Virus record (IMG/VR): IMGVR_UViG_3300025655_000033
Location: 3,202 to 67,201 of that record
DNA length: 64,000 nucleotides
Source: a virus
Strand: one strand, 5' to 3'
The notes below the pieces were generated by a model that was not told where the DNA came from, ran no database searches, and saw nothing but the letters and a program-made list of their open reading frames with translations. The first letter of the stretch is position 1. Every line of letters starts with the position of its first letter. The position numbers and the translations under genes are program-made. This document shows positions 55,721 through 64,000 of the stretch, piece after piece.

Positions 55721-56059
55721 ATGCCATTTAAAATGAAATACTCAAGTCCTTTGAGTAAAATAAACGAAGGACCTGGTGATGACACTAAAAAAAGTAAAGG
55801 TAAATTAACTGAATCTCAAACAGAGAATCTAGTTAACGCTATCAATGAGAAGTATGGTGAAAAAATACCCACACCAACAGGCGCTAATCTTGGTAAGTTT
55901 TCTAAATTTGTTAAAAGAGGTGCTAATAGATTACAAGAAGGTGGTGCTATTCCAACATACAAACCAGCTAAAGGAGTTACTCCACAGCAGTTTGAAAACT
56001 ACTCAAAGCAAATTCAAAAAGAAAACCCTGATATTAAAGCCCAATTTAAATACAAATAA
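55721..56059 (+). CDS. Basic protein with MPFKMK N-terminus
   Basis: 112 aa. Confidence 0.6.
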   Translation: MPFKMKYSSPLSKINEGPGDDTKKSKGKLTESQTENLVNAINEKYGEKIPTPTGANLGKFSKFVKRGANRLQEGGAIPTYKPAKGVTPQQFENYSKQIQKENPDIKAQFKYK

Positions 56060-56511
56060 TGAAAGATAAAAAACCTTTTAAAGAAACAGGATTAGGTAAG
56101 TTTCTACTAGGAGCTGGTTCTACTATAATAGATGTTGTAGGTGATGTGCTTCCAGATAAAGGTCTTTTAGGAGTGGTTAAAAAATTAATAGATAAAGACC
56201 CAGACTTAAGTGCAGATCAGAAAGCTGAAGCTCATGATAGATTGGTAGAACTTTATAGATTAGAAGTAGAAGATAGAGACTCTGCTAGAAAAAGAGAGGT
56301 AAACTTAAGAAAATACGGAACAGACTGGATGTTTAATCTTACTGGCATAGTTGGATTATCAGCATTTGCTTTTTTAGTTTACACCGTAGTTACCACACAA
56401 GTACCAGAGTCAAATAAAGAAATTTTCATACATTTGATAGGAATAGTAGAAGGTGTTGCTTTGTCAATATTTGGATATTATTTTGGATCAGCAATAAAAG
56501 AAAATAAATAA
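56059..56511 (+). CDS. Holin-like membrane protein
   Basis: 'DRDSARKRE', two C-terminal TM helices, 'GYYFGS'. Confidence 0.7.
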   Translation: MKDKKPFKETGLGKFLLGAGSTIIDVVGDVLPDKGLLGVVKKLIDKDPDLSADQKAEAHDRLVELYRLEVEDRDSARKREVNLRKYGTDWMFNLTGIVGLSAFAFLVYTVVTTQVPESNKEIFIHLIGIVEGVALSIFGYYFGSAIKENK

Positions 56512-56537
56512 CAATTAATTAAATCAAATAAAATCAA

Positions 56538-56783
56538 ATGAAAAAAGTGCAAGAAATTACAAAAGAACAATTAACTAAAATTCAAGAACAGCAAAAAGAC
56601 CTGACTAATATTTTAAAAGATATTGGTTTTGTAGAAGTTCAAAAGCATGGTTTATTACATAAACAAGCTGGACTAAACGAGGAAATTGAAGCTTTTAAAG
56701 CTGAACTTGAGAAAGAGTATGGTGCTATTACTATTGATATAGAAACAGGTACTTATACTGAAATAGTTAAAGAAGAAGAGTAA
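56538..56783 (+). CDS. Coiled-coil hypothetical protein
   Basis: 'ELEKEYGAITIDIETGTY'. Confidence 0.6.
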   Translation: MKKVQEITKEQLTKIQEQQKDLTNILKDIGFVEVQKHGLLHKQAGLNEEIEAFKAELEKEYGAITIDIETGTYTEIVKEEE

Positions 56784-57010
56784 TGGCTTCTGTTATAAGA
56801 AAAATAAGTATAGGTTCTGACTACAAGAATGACGCTATGCACTATGCTGTTGGTCAATCTGTTTATGGTGGCCATGAGATAGCCTATATATTATTCGACG
56901 AAGAAGATAGCTCTTATAACATTCACATAAAGAAAAGCAACGAGGTAATGCCATGGAAGAAGTTTAATTCTAACATGGCAATATCTGTTGAGTATGATCT
57001 CGAGTACTAA
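56783..57010 (+). CDS. Hypothetical protein
   Basis: 75 aa, TAATG-coupled. Confidence 0.6.
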   Translation: MASVIRKISIGSDYKNDAMHYAVGQSVYGGHEIAYILFDEEDSSYNIHIKKSNEVMPWKKFNSNMAISVEYDLEY

Positions 57011-57615
57011 TGAGAAGTATTTACGACTTCATTGTGAAGCCAGTCGGCAAGCGCTATGACAACGAAAAAAAAGTTGGCGATAAAACACTTGTTACAAATT
57101 CGTCAATAGAGAGCTATAAATCTGTAAGTAATTACGCTGAAGTAATAGCAACTCCTTTAGCCTATAACACAGGCATTAGTGTTGGTGATATTGTGGTTAT
57201 ACATCACAATGTGTTTAGGAGGTTTTATGATATGAAAGGAAATCAAAAAGATAGTAGATCAATGTTTATTGATGGATTATATTTTGTTGCTCCTGATCAA
57301 ATATATTTATACGGAAAACCTAAAAAATGGAAAACGTTTAATGATAGATGTTTTATTATTCCAATTAAAAATAAAGATAGCTTCTCTCTTGAAAAAGAGC
57401 AAAAGCTTATTGGTATACTTAAATACGGTAATAGTTCCTTACAAGCGCTAGAAATCAATCCTGGGGACCTTGTAGGTTATACTCCTGGCGGAGAATTTGA
57501 ATTCGTTGTTGATGAGGAAAGATTATACTGTATGAAATCTAATGATATTGTAATTAAATATGAATACCAAGGAAACGAAGAAGAATATAATCCTAGCTGG
57601 GCAAAAAGCAGTTGA
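57010..57615 (+). CDS. Tandem GroES-like domain protein
   Basis: Two repeats ending 'ISVGDIV' and 'INPGDLVGY...VDEERLYCM..NDIV'. Confidence 0.55.
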   Translation: MRSIYDFIVKPVGKRYDNEKKVGDKTLVTNSSIESYKSVSNYAEVIATPLAYNTGISVGDIVVIHHNVFRRFYDMKGNQKDSRSMFIDGLYFVAPDQIYLYGKPKKWKTFNDRCFIIPIKNKDSFSLEKEQKLIGILKYGNSSLQALEINPGDLVGYTPGGEFEFVVDEERLYCMKSNDIVIKYEYQGNEEEYNPSWAKSS

Positions 57616-57832
57616 GGAATTAATAAAAGTAGCTAGAGAAAAAATAGTTGATTCAGATGATGATATATCAGCTGATAGATTAAAAAACGCTGCTGCTACA
57701 AAGAAATTAGCAATATTCGATGCTTTTGAAATACTTTCACGTATTGAACAAGAAGAACAATTGTTAAATGATGAATCTGCTGATTCACCACAAAAAAATT
57801 TCAGAGGTTTCGCTGAAGGTAGATCTAAGTAA
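57560..57832 (+). CDS. Putative terminase small subunit
   Basis: 90 aa helical protein TAATG-coupled to terL. Confidence 0.45.
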   Translation: MNTKETKKNIILAGQKAVEELIKVAREKIVDSDDDISADRLKNAAATKKLAIFDAFEILSRIEQEEQLLNDESADSPQKNFRGFAEGRSK

Positions 57833-60057
57833 TGTACGAGCAAACACTATACAAAGTACTGCCTGATCACGTTAAGTCTAAAACCATAAAAACCCAAAAT
57901 AGATATAAAAAATGGGAATATGGTTATAACAAAGAACACGATGTTGTTGTTATAAGCAAGACTGGAAAGATTGGAGAAATATATGAAATACAAGGATTAA
58001 AAATAGCTTTACCTTACATAGATAAAGCTTATTCAAGATCTGAAAATAAATTAGATCAGTATTGGGAGTCTCATAAAATTCCAACAGAGTTATCAAAGAT
58101 TAAAACAATTTTTGAATGGGACACTTATCCTGATCACTTTAAAAACAAATGGTATGAATATATTGATCAAGAGTTTGAGTACAGGGAAAAAGGTTTTTCG
58201 TTTTATAACAAAGGTGTTCCTACTTATATCACTGGCACTCATTACATGTACTTGCAGTGGACCAAGATTGATGTTGGGCAACCAGACTTTAGGGAAGCAA
58301 ATAGATTATTCTTTATCTTCTGGGAAGCTTGCATGGCAGATAGCAGATGTTTCGGAATGTGCTACCTTAAGAATAGGAGGTCCGGTTTTAGCTTCATGGC
58401 CAGCGGAGCAGCAGTTCATATGGCAACAATATCTTCTGATGCGAGATTCGGGATCTTATCGAAATCAGGAGCAGATGCTAAGAAGATGTTTACAGATAAG
58501 GTGGTACCTATATCAATCAACTATCCTTTCTTCTTCAAACCAATTCAGGACGGAATGGACAGGCCGAAGACCGAGCTCGCCTACCGTGTACCCGCGTCCA
58601 AAATCACCAGAAAGTCCGTCGATAAGGTATCCATTGCCAAAAACGAATTACAGGGACTTGATACGACCATCGACTGGAAAAACACCGGTGATAACTCGTA
58701 CGACGGTGAAAAGCTCAAGCTTTTAGTACATGATGAATCAGGTAAATGGGAGAGACCTGATAATATATTAAATAACTGGAGGGTTACAAAAACAACTCTA
58801 AGACTTGGTAGTAGAATTATTGGTAAGTGTATGATGGGATCAACATCAAACGCTTTAGATAAAGGAGGTGAAAACTTTAAAAAACTTTATTATGACTCAG
58901 ACGTTACCAAGAGAAACCGCAACGGACAGACTAGTTCAGGATTATATTCTTTGTTCATACCTATGGAATGGAACTACGAAGGATTCATTGATACTTATGG
59001 AATACCTGTCTTCGACACTCCAGAGAAACCCGTTAAAGCAGCGGATGGATCGTTAGTTGAATACGGTGTTATAGAACACTGGCAAAATGAAGTTGATGGT
59101 TTAAAGAATGACCAAGATGGTTTAAACGAAATGTATCGTCAGTTTCCAAGAACTGAACAACATGCATTTAGAGATGAGGCTAAGCAATCACTGTTTAACC
59201 TTACAAAAATATACCAACAAATAGATTACAATGAAGATCTTAGGAATACCTCTGTAGTAACAACAGGTAGTTTTGCATGGGAAAACGGTATGCCAGATAC
59301 TAGAGTAGTATTCAATCCGCATAAAGATGGAAGGTTTAAAATAACATGGGTACCACCTAAACATCTTCAAAACCAAGTGATAATAAAGAATGGTGCTAAA
59401 TGGCCAGGAAATGAACAGCTTGGTGCATTTGGATGCGATAGTTACGATATATCAGGTACTGTTGATCAAAGAGGTTCAAATGGATCTCTACACGGTTTAA
59501 CTAAATTTTCTATGGAAGATGTTCCACCGAATCATTTTTTCTTAGAATATATAGCAAGACCACAAACTGCTGAGATATTTTTTGAAGAAGTTTTAATGGC
59601 TTGTATTTTTTATGGTATGCCAATACTAGCTGAAAACAACAAGCCTAGACTTTTATATCACTTTAAAAGAAGAGGTTATAGAGGTTTTTCAATGAATAGA
59701 CCAGATAAGATTTGGAATAAATTATCTGTAACAGAAAGAGAGATAGGTGGAATACCTAACTCTAGTGAAGATATAAAACAAGCACACGCTGCTGCTATTG
59801 AAACCTATGTTGAATCTCATATTGGGTTGTCTGATACTGGTTACGGAGATATGTATTTCCAAAGAACACTAGAAGATTGGGCTAGATTTAATATAAACAA
59901 TAGAACAAGTCACGATGCGTCTATTAGTTCAGGTTTAGCTTTAATGGCTTGCAATAAACATAGGTATGTACCTATAAACAGAATAGAAAGACAACCTGTT
60001 AATCTAGGTATAAAAAGATACAATAATGATGGTAGTACCTCAAAAATTATAACGTAA
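57832..60057 (+). CDS. terL: Terminase large subunit
   Basis: 'YLKNRRSGFS' Walker A, 'LVHDESGKW' Walker B, 'FGCDSYD' and 'HDASISS' nuclease motifs; precedes portal. Confidence 0.9.
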   Translation: MYEQTLYKVLPDHVKSKTIKTQNRYKKWEYGYNKEHDVVVISKTGKIGEIYEIQGLKIALPYIDKAYSRSENKLDQYWESHKIPTELSKIKTIFEWDTYPDHFKNKWYEYIDQEFEYREKGFSFYNKGVPTYITGTHYMYLQWTKIDVGQPDFREANRLFFIFWEACMADSRCFGMCYLKNRRSGFSFMASGAAVHMATISSDARFGILSKSGADAKKMFTDKVVPISINYPFFFKPIQDGMDRPKTELAYRVPASKITRKSVDKVSIAKNELQGLDTTIDWKNTGDNSYDGEKLKLLVHDESGKWERPDNILNNWRVTKTTLRLGSRIIGKCMMGSTSNALDKGGENFKKLYYDSDVTKRNRNGQTSSGLYSLFIPMEWNYEGFIDTYGIPVFDTPEKPVKAADGSLVEYGVIEHWQNEVDGLKNDQDGLNEMYRQFPRTEQHAFRDEAKQSLFNLTKIYQQIDYNEDLRNTSVVTTGSFAWENGMPDTRVVFNPHKDGRFKITWVPPKHLQNQVIIKNGAKWPGNEQLGAFGCDSYDISGTVDQRGSNGSLHGLTKFSMEDVPPNHFFLEYIARPQTAEIFFEEVLMACIFYGMPILAENNKPRLLYHFKRRGYRGFSMNRPDKIWNKLSVTEREIGGIPNSSEDIKQAHAAAIETYVESHIGLSDTGYGDMYFQRTLEDWARFNINNRTSHDASISSGLALMACNKHRYVPINRIERQPVNLGIKRYNNDGSTSKIIT
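58154..58726 (+). CDS. Candidate overprinted lipoprotein in the +1 frame of terL
   Basis: 190 stop-free codons; basic N-region, hydrophobic core and LITC lipobox; Pro/Arg-rich C-terminus; locally raised GC. Confidence 0.45.
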   Translation: MNILIKSLSTGKKVFRFITKVFLLISLALITCTCSGPRLMLGNQTLGKQIDYSLSSGKLAWQIADVSECATLRIGGPVLASWPAEQQFIWQQYLLMRDSGSYRNQEQMLRRCLQIRWYLYQSTILSSSNQFRTEWTGRRPSSPTVYPRPKSPESPSIRYPLPKTNYRDLIRPSTGKTPVITRTTVKSSSF

Positions 60058-62466
60058 ATGAATATATACACAAATACCAATAGTTCTTTTCCAAGCCAAG
60101 TGGTTAGCGATGTGGAAAAAGCATCGTTAGAGTATGGTATTCAAGTGGCAAGAGCCATTGAACAAGAATGGTTTGATCAAGGAAGAACTAATGCTAACAG
60201 GTATCAAACAAATTATAATAACTTTCATCAGTTAAGATTATACGCTAGAGGTGAGCAGTCTATACAAAAATATAAAGATGAGTTGGCTATTAATGGTGAC
60301 TTGTCTTATCTTAATTTAGATTGGAAACCAGTACCTGTTATATCTAAGTTTGTAGATATAGTTGTTAACGGTATGACGCAGAAAGGTTATCAAGTCAAAG
60401 CAATGGCTACAGATCCTTTCGCATTAAAGCAAAGAACTAATTACGCGTTTAACGCTTTAAGAGATATTGAAAACAAAGCATACATAGATCAAATAAATGC
60501 AGAGTTTGGACAGAATTTATATGCTTCTGCTGAACCAGACAAACTACCAGATAACAAAGAAGAGTTAGATCTTTTTATGCAATTAAGCTATAAGCAGAGC
60601 ATAGAGATAGCTGAAGAAGAAGTAATAAAGACTGTTTTAAATCAAAACAAGTACGACGAAACTAGAAAAAGAGTAGCTCAAGATTTAACGATATTAGGTA
60701 TATCTTGTGTTAAAACAAGCTTTAATGTTTCAAATGGTATTGTAGTTGACTACGTAGATCCAGCTTATTTAGTTTATTCTTATACAGAAGATCCTAACTT
60801 TGAAGATATATATTATGTTGGTGAAGTTAAATCGATAACTATACCTGAATTAAAGAAACAATTCCCTTATATATCTGAAGAAGAGTTAAAAGATATTCAA
60901 AACATGCCTGGCAACAACCAATATATAACTGGTTGGGCAAATTATGATGAAAATACTGTGCAAGTTTTATACTTTGAATACAAGACCTATAACAATCAAG
61001 TATTTAAAATAAAACAAACTGAGAATGGGTTAGAAAAAGCTATTGAAAAAGATGATAGTTTTAATCCTCCTGAAAATGATAACTTTGAAAGAGTATCAAG
61101 AACAATAGAGGTTTTATACTCTGGTGCTAAAGTATTAGGTAATAATACTATGTTAGAGTGGAAATTAGCTGAGAATATGACAAGACCTTATGCTGATACC
61201 ACTAAAGTAGTTATGAATTACACTATAGCTGCTCCAAGAATGTACAAAGGAAGAATTGAGTCTGTAGTTAGCAAAATAACTGGTTTTGCTGATATGATTC
61301 AATTAACTCACTTAAAGCTACAACAAGTAATGTCAAGAATAGTACCAGATGGTGTATTCTTGGATATGGATGGTTTAGCGGAAGTTGATTTAGGTAATGG
61401 AACAAACTACAACCCAGCGGAAGCATTAAATATGTATTTCCAAACGGGTAGTGTAGTTGGTAGATCACTTACTCAAGATGGTGAATTAAATAGAGGTAAA
61501 GTACCAGTTCAAGAATTATCTTCATCATCTGGTCAAGGTAAAATAGCTTCATTGATAAACACTTACAACTATTATCTACAAATGATAAGGGATGTAACTG
61601 GATTAAACGAAGCAAGAGATGGTAGCAACCCAGACAAAGACGCTTTATTAGGATTGCAAAAGATGGCCGCTAATCAATCTAATGTTGCTACTAGACACAT
61701 ATTACAGTCTATGTTCTATTTAACCGTTAGAACATGCGAGAATGTCAGTATGAGGGTTTCAGACGTGCTTAACTTCCCTTTAACTAAAATGTCTTTGGTA
61801 AATAGTATAAATACTTTTAATACTTCTGTGTTAGAGGAAATAGAGTACTTAAATCTTCACGATTTTGGTATATTCTTAGAATTAGAACCAGAAGAAGAAG
61901 AAAAATCACAACTTGAGCAAAACATACAAATAGCTTTACAAGCTGGTATGATTGGTTTAGAAGACGCTATAGATATTAGAGATATTTCTAATTTAAAATT
62001 AGCTAATCAACTTCTTAAGTTTAGACAGAAGAAAAAACAAGAAGCTGTAGAGCAAGCGCAGTTAGCTAATATACAAGCGCAAGCGCAGGCAAACTCTGAA
62101 GCAAATGAAAGAGCTGCTATGGCTGAAGTTCAAAAACAACAAGCTCTTACTCAAGAGAAAGTTAGTATAGAACAAGCTAAATCTCAGTTTGAAATACAAA
62201 GAATGCAGACAGAAGCTCAAATAAAAAGAGAGCTAATGGCTGAGGAATTTAATTATCAAATGCAATTAGCGCAAATAAAAGCTAATGCAGAAGCTGGTAA
62301 AATTGCTGAAGTTGAAGATCGCAAAGATAAAAGAACAAAAATACAAGCTACACAACAATCTGAGTTAATAGATCAAAGACAAAATGATTTATTACCTAAA
62401 GATTTTGAATCTCAAGGGAACGACACTCTTGGTGGATTCAACCTAGAGCAGTTTGCTCCTAGGTAA
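60058..62466 (+). CDS. Portal protein
   Basis: 802 aa between terL and scaffold; 'IRDVTGLNEARDGS'; Gln-rich C-terminal helix. Confidence 0.85.
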   Translation: MNIYTNTNSSFPSQVVSDVEKASLEYGIQVARAIEQEWFDQGRTNANRYQTNYNNFHQLRLYARGEQSIQKYKDELAINGDLSYLNLDWKPVPVISKFVDIVVNGMTQKGYQVKAMATDPFALKQRTNYAFNALRDIENKAYIDQINAEFGQNLYASAEPDKLPDNKEELDLFMQLSYKQSIEIAEEEVIKTVLNQNKYDETRKRVAQDLTILGISCVKTSFNVSNGIVVDYVDPAYLVYSYTEDPNFEDIYYVGEVKSITIPELKKQFPYISEEELKDIQNMPGNNQYITGWANYDENTVQVLYFEYKTYNNQVFKIKQTENGLEKAIEKDDSFNPPENDNFERVSRTIEVLYSGAKVLGNNTMLEWKLAENMTRPYADTTKVVMNYTIAAPRMYKGRIESVVSKITGFADMIQLTHLKLQQVMSRIVPDGVFLDMDGLAEVDLGNGTNYNPAEALNMYFQTGSVVGRSLTQDGELNRGKVPVQELSSSSGQGKIASLINTYNYYLQMIRDVTGLNEARDGSNPDKDALLGLQKMAANQSNVATRHILQSMFYLTVRTCENVSMRVSDVLNFPLTKMSLVNSINTFNTSVLEEIEYLNLHDFGIFLELEPEEEEKSQLEQNIQIALQAGMIGLEDAIDIRDISNLKLANQLLKFRQKKKQEAVEQAQLANIQAQAQANSEANERAAMAEVQKQQALTQEKVSIEQAKSQFEIQRMQTEAQIKRELMAEEFNYQMQLAQIKANAEAGKIAEVEDRKDKRTKIQATQQSELIDQRQNDLLPKDFESQGNDTLGGFNLEQFAPR

Positions 62467-62497
62467 ATTCTATTAATTAATTATATATTATCATATC

Positions 62498-63670
62498 ATG
62501 TCAGAAATTGTAAAACAAGAAGGGGATTTTAAATTAAAAAAGAAAAAACCCGCTATGAAAAAACTAAATGACAATAAAGATGTCATTAAAGTTGATCTAA
62601 CACCTAAAAAAGAAGAGGATGCCGTTCAAGAGCAAGTCACAGATGAAAGCGTGTTACGCGCAGAACAACCCGAAGTGGAATTGCAAGAAGTGGTTGAGCA
62701 AAACGAACAACCCACAGTCGTTGCCACAGAGACTATTGAACAAGAACCAGTAGTTATTCAAGAAATAACAGACGAAGAAGAAGAAGTTAAAGATCTAACA
62801 GAACAAGTAGAGCAAGCTGTTCAACAAAGCCAAGAAACAGGTAAACAATTGCCTGAAAACATTGAAAAATTAGTTTCTTTTATGGAAGAAACTGGTGGAA
62901 CAGTTGAAGACTACGTTAGATTAAATGCTGATTACACAAATGTAGACAATACTGCATTACTTAAAGAATACTATAAAAAAACAAGACCACATCTAGATGC
63001 TGAAGAAATAGAATTCCTAATGGAAGATAACTTCAGCTATGATGAGGAACTTGATGAAGAGCGAGATGTAAGAAAAAGAAAACTCGCTTATAAAGAAGAA
63101 GTTGCAAAAGCTAAGAACTATCTTGAAGATCTTAAGGGTAAATATTACGAGGAAATCAAGTTGAGACCTGGTATTACTCAAGAGCAAAAGAAAGCACTTG
63201 ACTTTTTCAACCGATATAACGAAGAGCAAAGCATAGCTGCTCAACAACACGAGAGGTTTAAAGCTGAAACTAAAAAGCTTTTTTCTGATGATTTCAAAGG
63301 TTTTGACATCAATGTAGGAGAAAAGAAATTTAGGTACGGCATTCAAAATGTTGAAAAAGTAGCTGAGAACCAATCAAACATCAACAACCTAATTAAGAAG
63401 TTCTTAAACGATAAAGGTGAAGTTGTAGACGCGAAAGGGTATCATAAGGCTATGTACGCCGCTGAGAACATTGACAAAATAGCATCTCATTTTTATGAAC
63501 AAGGAAAAGCTGACGCAGTAAAAGAAGTTGTCACTAATTCTAAAAACCCTAGCACTGAAACAAGAAAAGCAGCTTCTGGTGATGTTTATGTTAATGGATT
63601 AAAAGTCAAAGCTATTAGTGGTTATGATTCTTCAAAACTTAGAATTAAAACAAAAAAATTTAACAATTAA
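62498..63670 (+). CDS. Capsid scaffolding protein
   Basis: Acidic disordered N-terminus, helical core, 'FYEQGKADA'; lies between portal and capsid genes. Confidence 0.7.
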   Translation: MSEIVKQEGDFKLKKKKPAMKKLNDNKDVIKVDLTPKKEEDAVQEQVTDESVLRAEQPEVELQEVVEQNEQPTVVATETIEQEPVVIQEITDEEEEVKDLTEQVEQAVQQSQETGKQLPENIEKLVSFMEETGGTVEDYVRLNADYTNVDNTALLKEYYKKTRPHLDAEEIEFLMEDNFSYDEELDEERDVRKRKLAYKEEVAKAKNYLEDLKGKYYEEIKLRPGITQEQKKALDFFNRYNEEQSIAAQQHERFKAETKKLFSDDFKGFDINVGEKKFRYGIQNVEKVAENQSNINNLIKKFLNDKGEVVDAKGYHKAMYAAENIDKIASHFYEQGKADAVKEVVTNSKNPSTETRKAASGDVYVNGLKVKAISGYDSSKLRIKTKKFNN

Positions 63671-63681
63671 AAAAATTAATT

Positions 63682-64000
63682 ATGGCAGTAGTCGCACCCG
63701 TATATGGGTCAATTAAACCGTCTCAGAAGCAACAACTTCTTGAGTCAAATTATTTAAACTTTACAGACGGATCTGGAAATGATTTCGCACAACAGTATTT
63801 ACCTGAAATTTATGAGGCTGAAGTAGAGCGCTATGGAAATAGAACTTTATCTGGTTTCTTAAGAATGGTTGGAGCTGAAATGCCAATGTCTTCTGATCAA
63901 ATCGTATGGTCTGAGCAAAACAGATTACATATCGCTTATAGTAGCGTTACAAAAGCAACAGATACAACTTTAACATTCGTTTTGAATGCTACAGCTGGTC
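63682..64000 (+). CDS. Major capsid protein, 3'-truncated
   Basis: Hand translation MAVVAPVYGSIKP...QQYLPEIYEAEVERYGNRTLSGFLRMVGAEMPMSSDQIVWSEQNRLH; position after scaffold. Confidence 0.75.
   Translation, partial: MAVVAPVYGSIKPSQKQQLLESNYLNFTDGSGNDFAQQYLPEIYEAEVERYGNRTLSGFLRMVGAEMPMSSDQIVWSEQNRLHIAYSSVTKATDTTLTFVLNATAG

Noticed and set aside
58868-59056. Second +1-frame ORF in terL
   Set aside because: Only 62 codons with no recognisable features; not distinguishable from chance by eye
1-64000. Stop-codon reassignment as in some crAss-like phages
   Set aside because: Long genes are intact in the standard code, TAG and TGA both end genes, and no suppressor tRNA was seen

Overview
AT-rich bacteriophage sequence, most likely a podovirus with crAss-like gene organisation infecting Bacteroidota/Flavobacteriia (inferred from gene content and A-rich starts lacking Shine-Dalgarno sequences). 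It probably covers most of a circularly permuted genome. Layout: (1) 1-15.8 kb, + strand: tail adaptor/nozzle genes and ejected virion proteins, including a 2084-aa polyvalent protein. (2) 15.9-34.3 kb, - strand: ribonucleotide reductase, T7 endo I-like nuclease, MazG-like proteins, a ThyA-fold enzyme with the dCMP-type Asp, primase-helicase, recombination genes, a sigma-70 factor, HTH and DnaA-domain-IV proteins, and many small early genes. (3) 34.3-34.8 kb: non-coding divergence region. (4) 34.8-64 kb, + strand: modular tail fibres, GroEL/GroES, lysis genes, small basic proteins, terminase, portal, scaffold and the start of the major capsid protein. No DNA polymerase, RNA polymerase, integrase, tRNA or CRISPR array was recognised. 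Best candidates for new biology: a sigma-region-2-like module inside the ejected giant protein next to a zincin protease, paired with 10 copies of a non-host promoter motif (TACG-N10-GATAATA); 8 copies of a DnaA-box-like 10-mer alongside a phage DnaA-IV protein; three 44-45 bp dyads, one covering the start of an HTH gene; a probable modified-cytosine pathway; and a lipoprotein ORF overprinted on terL. All protein calls come from motif recognition by eye; no database searches were run.
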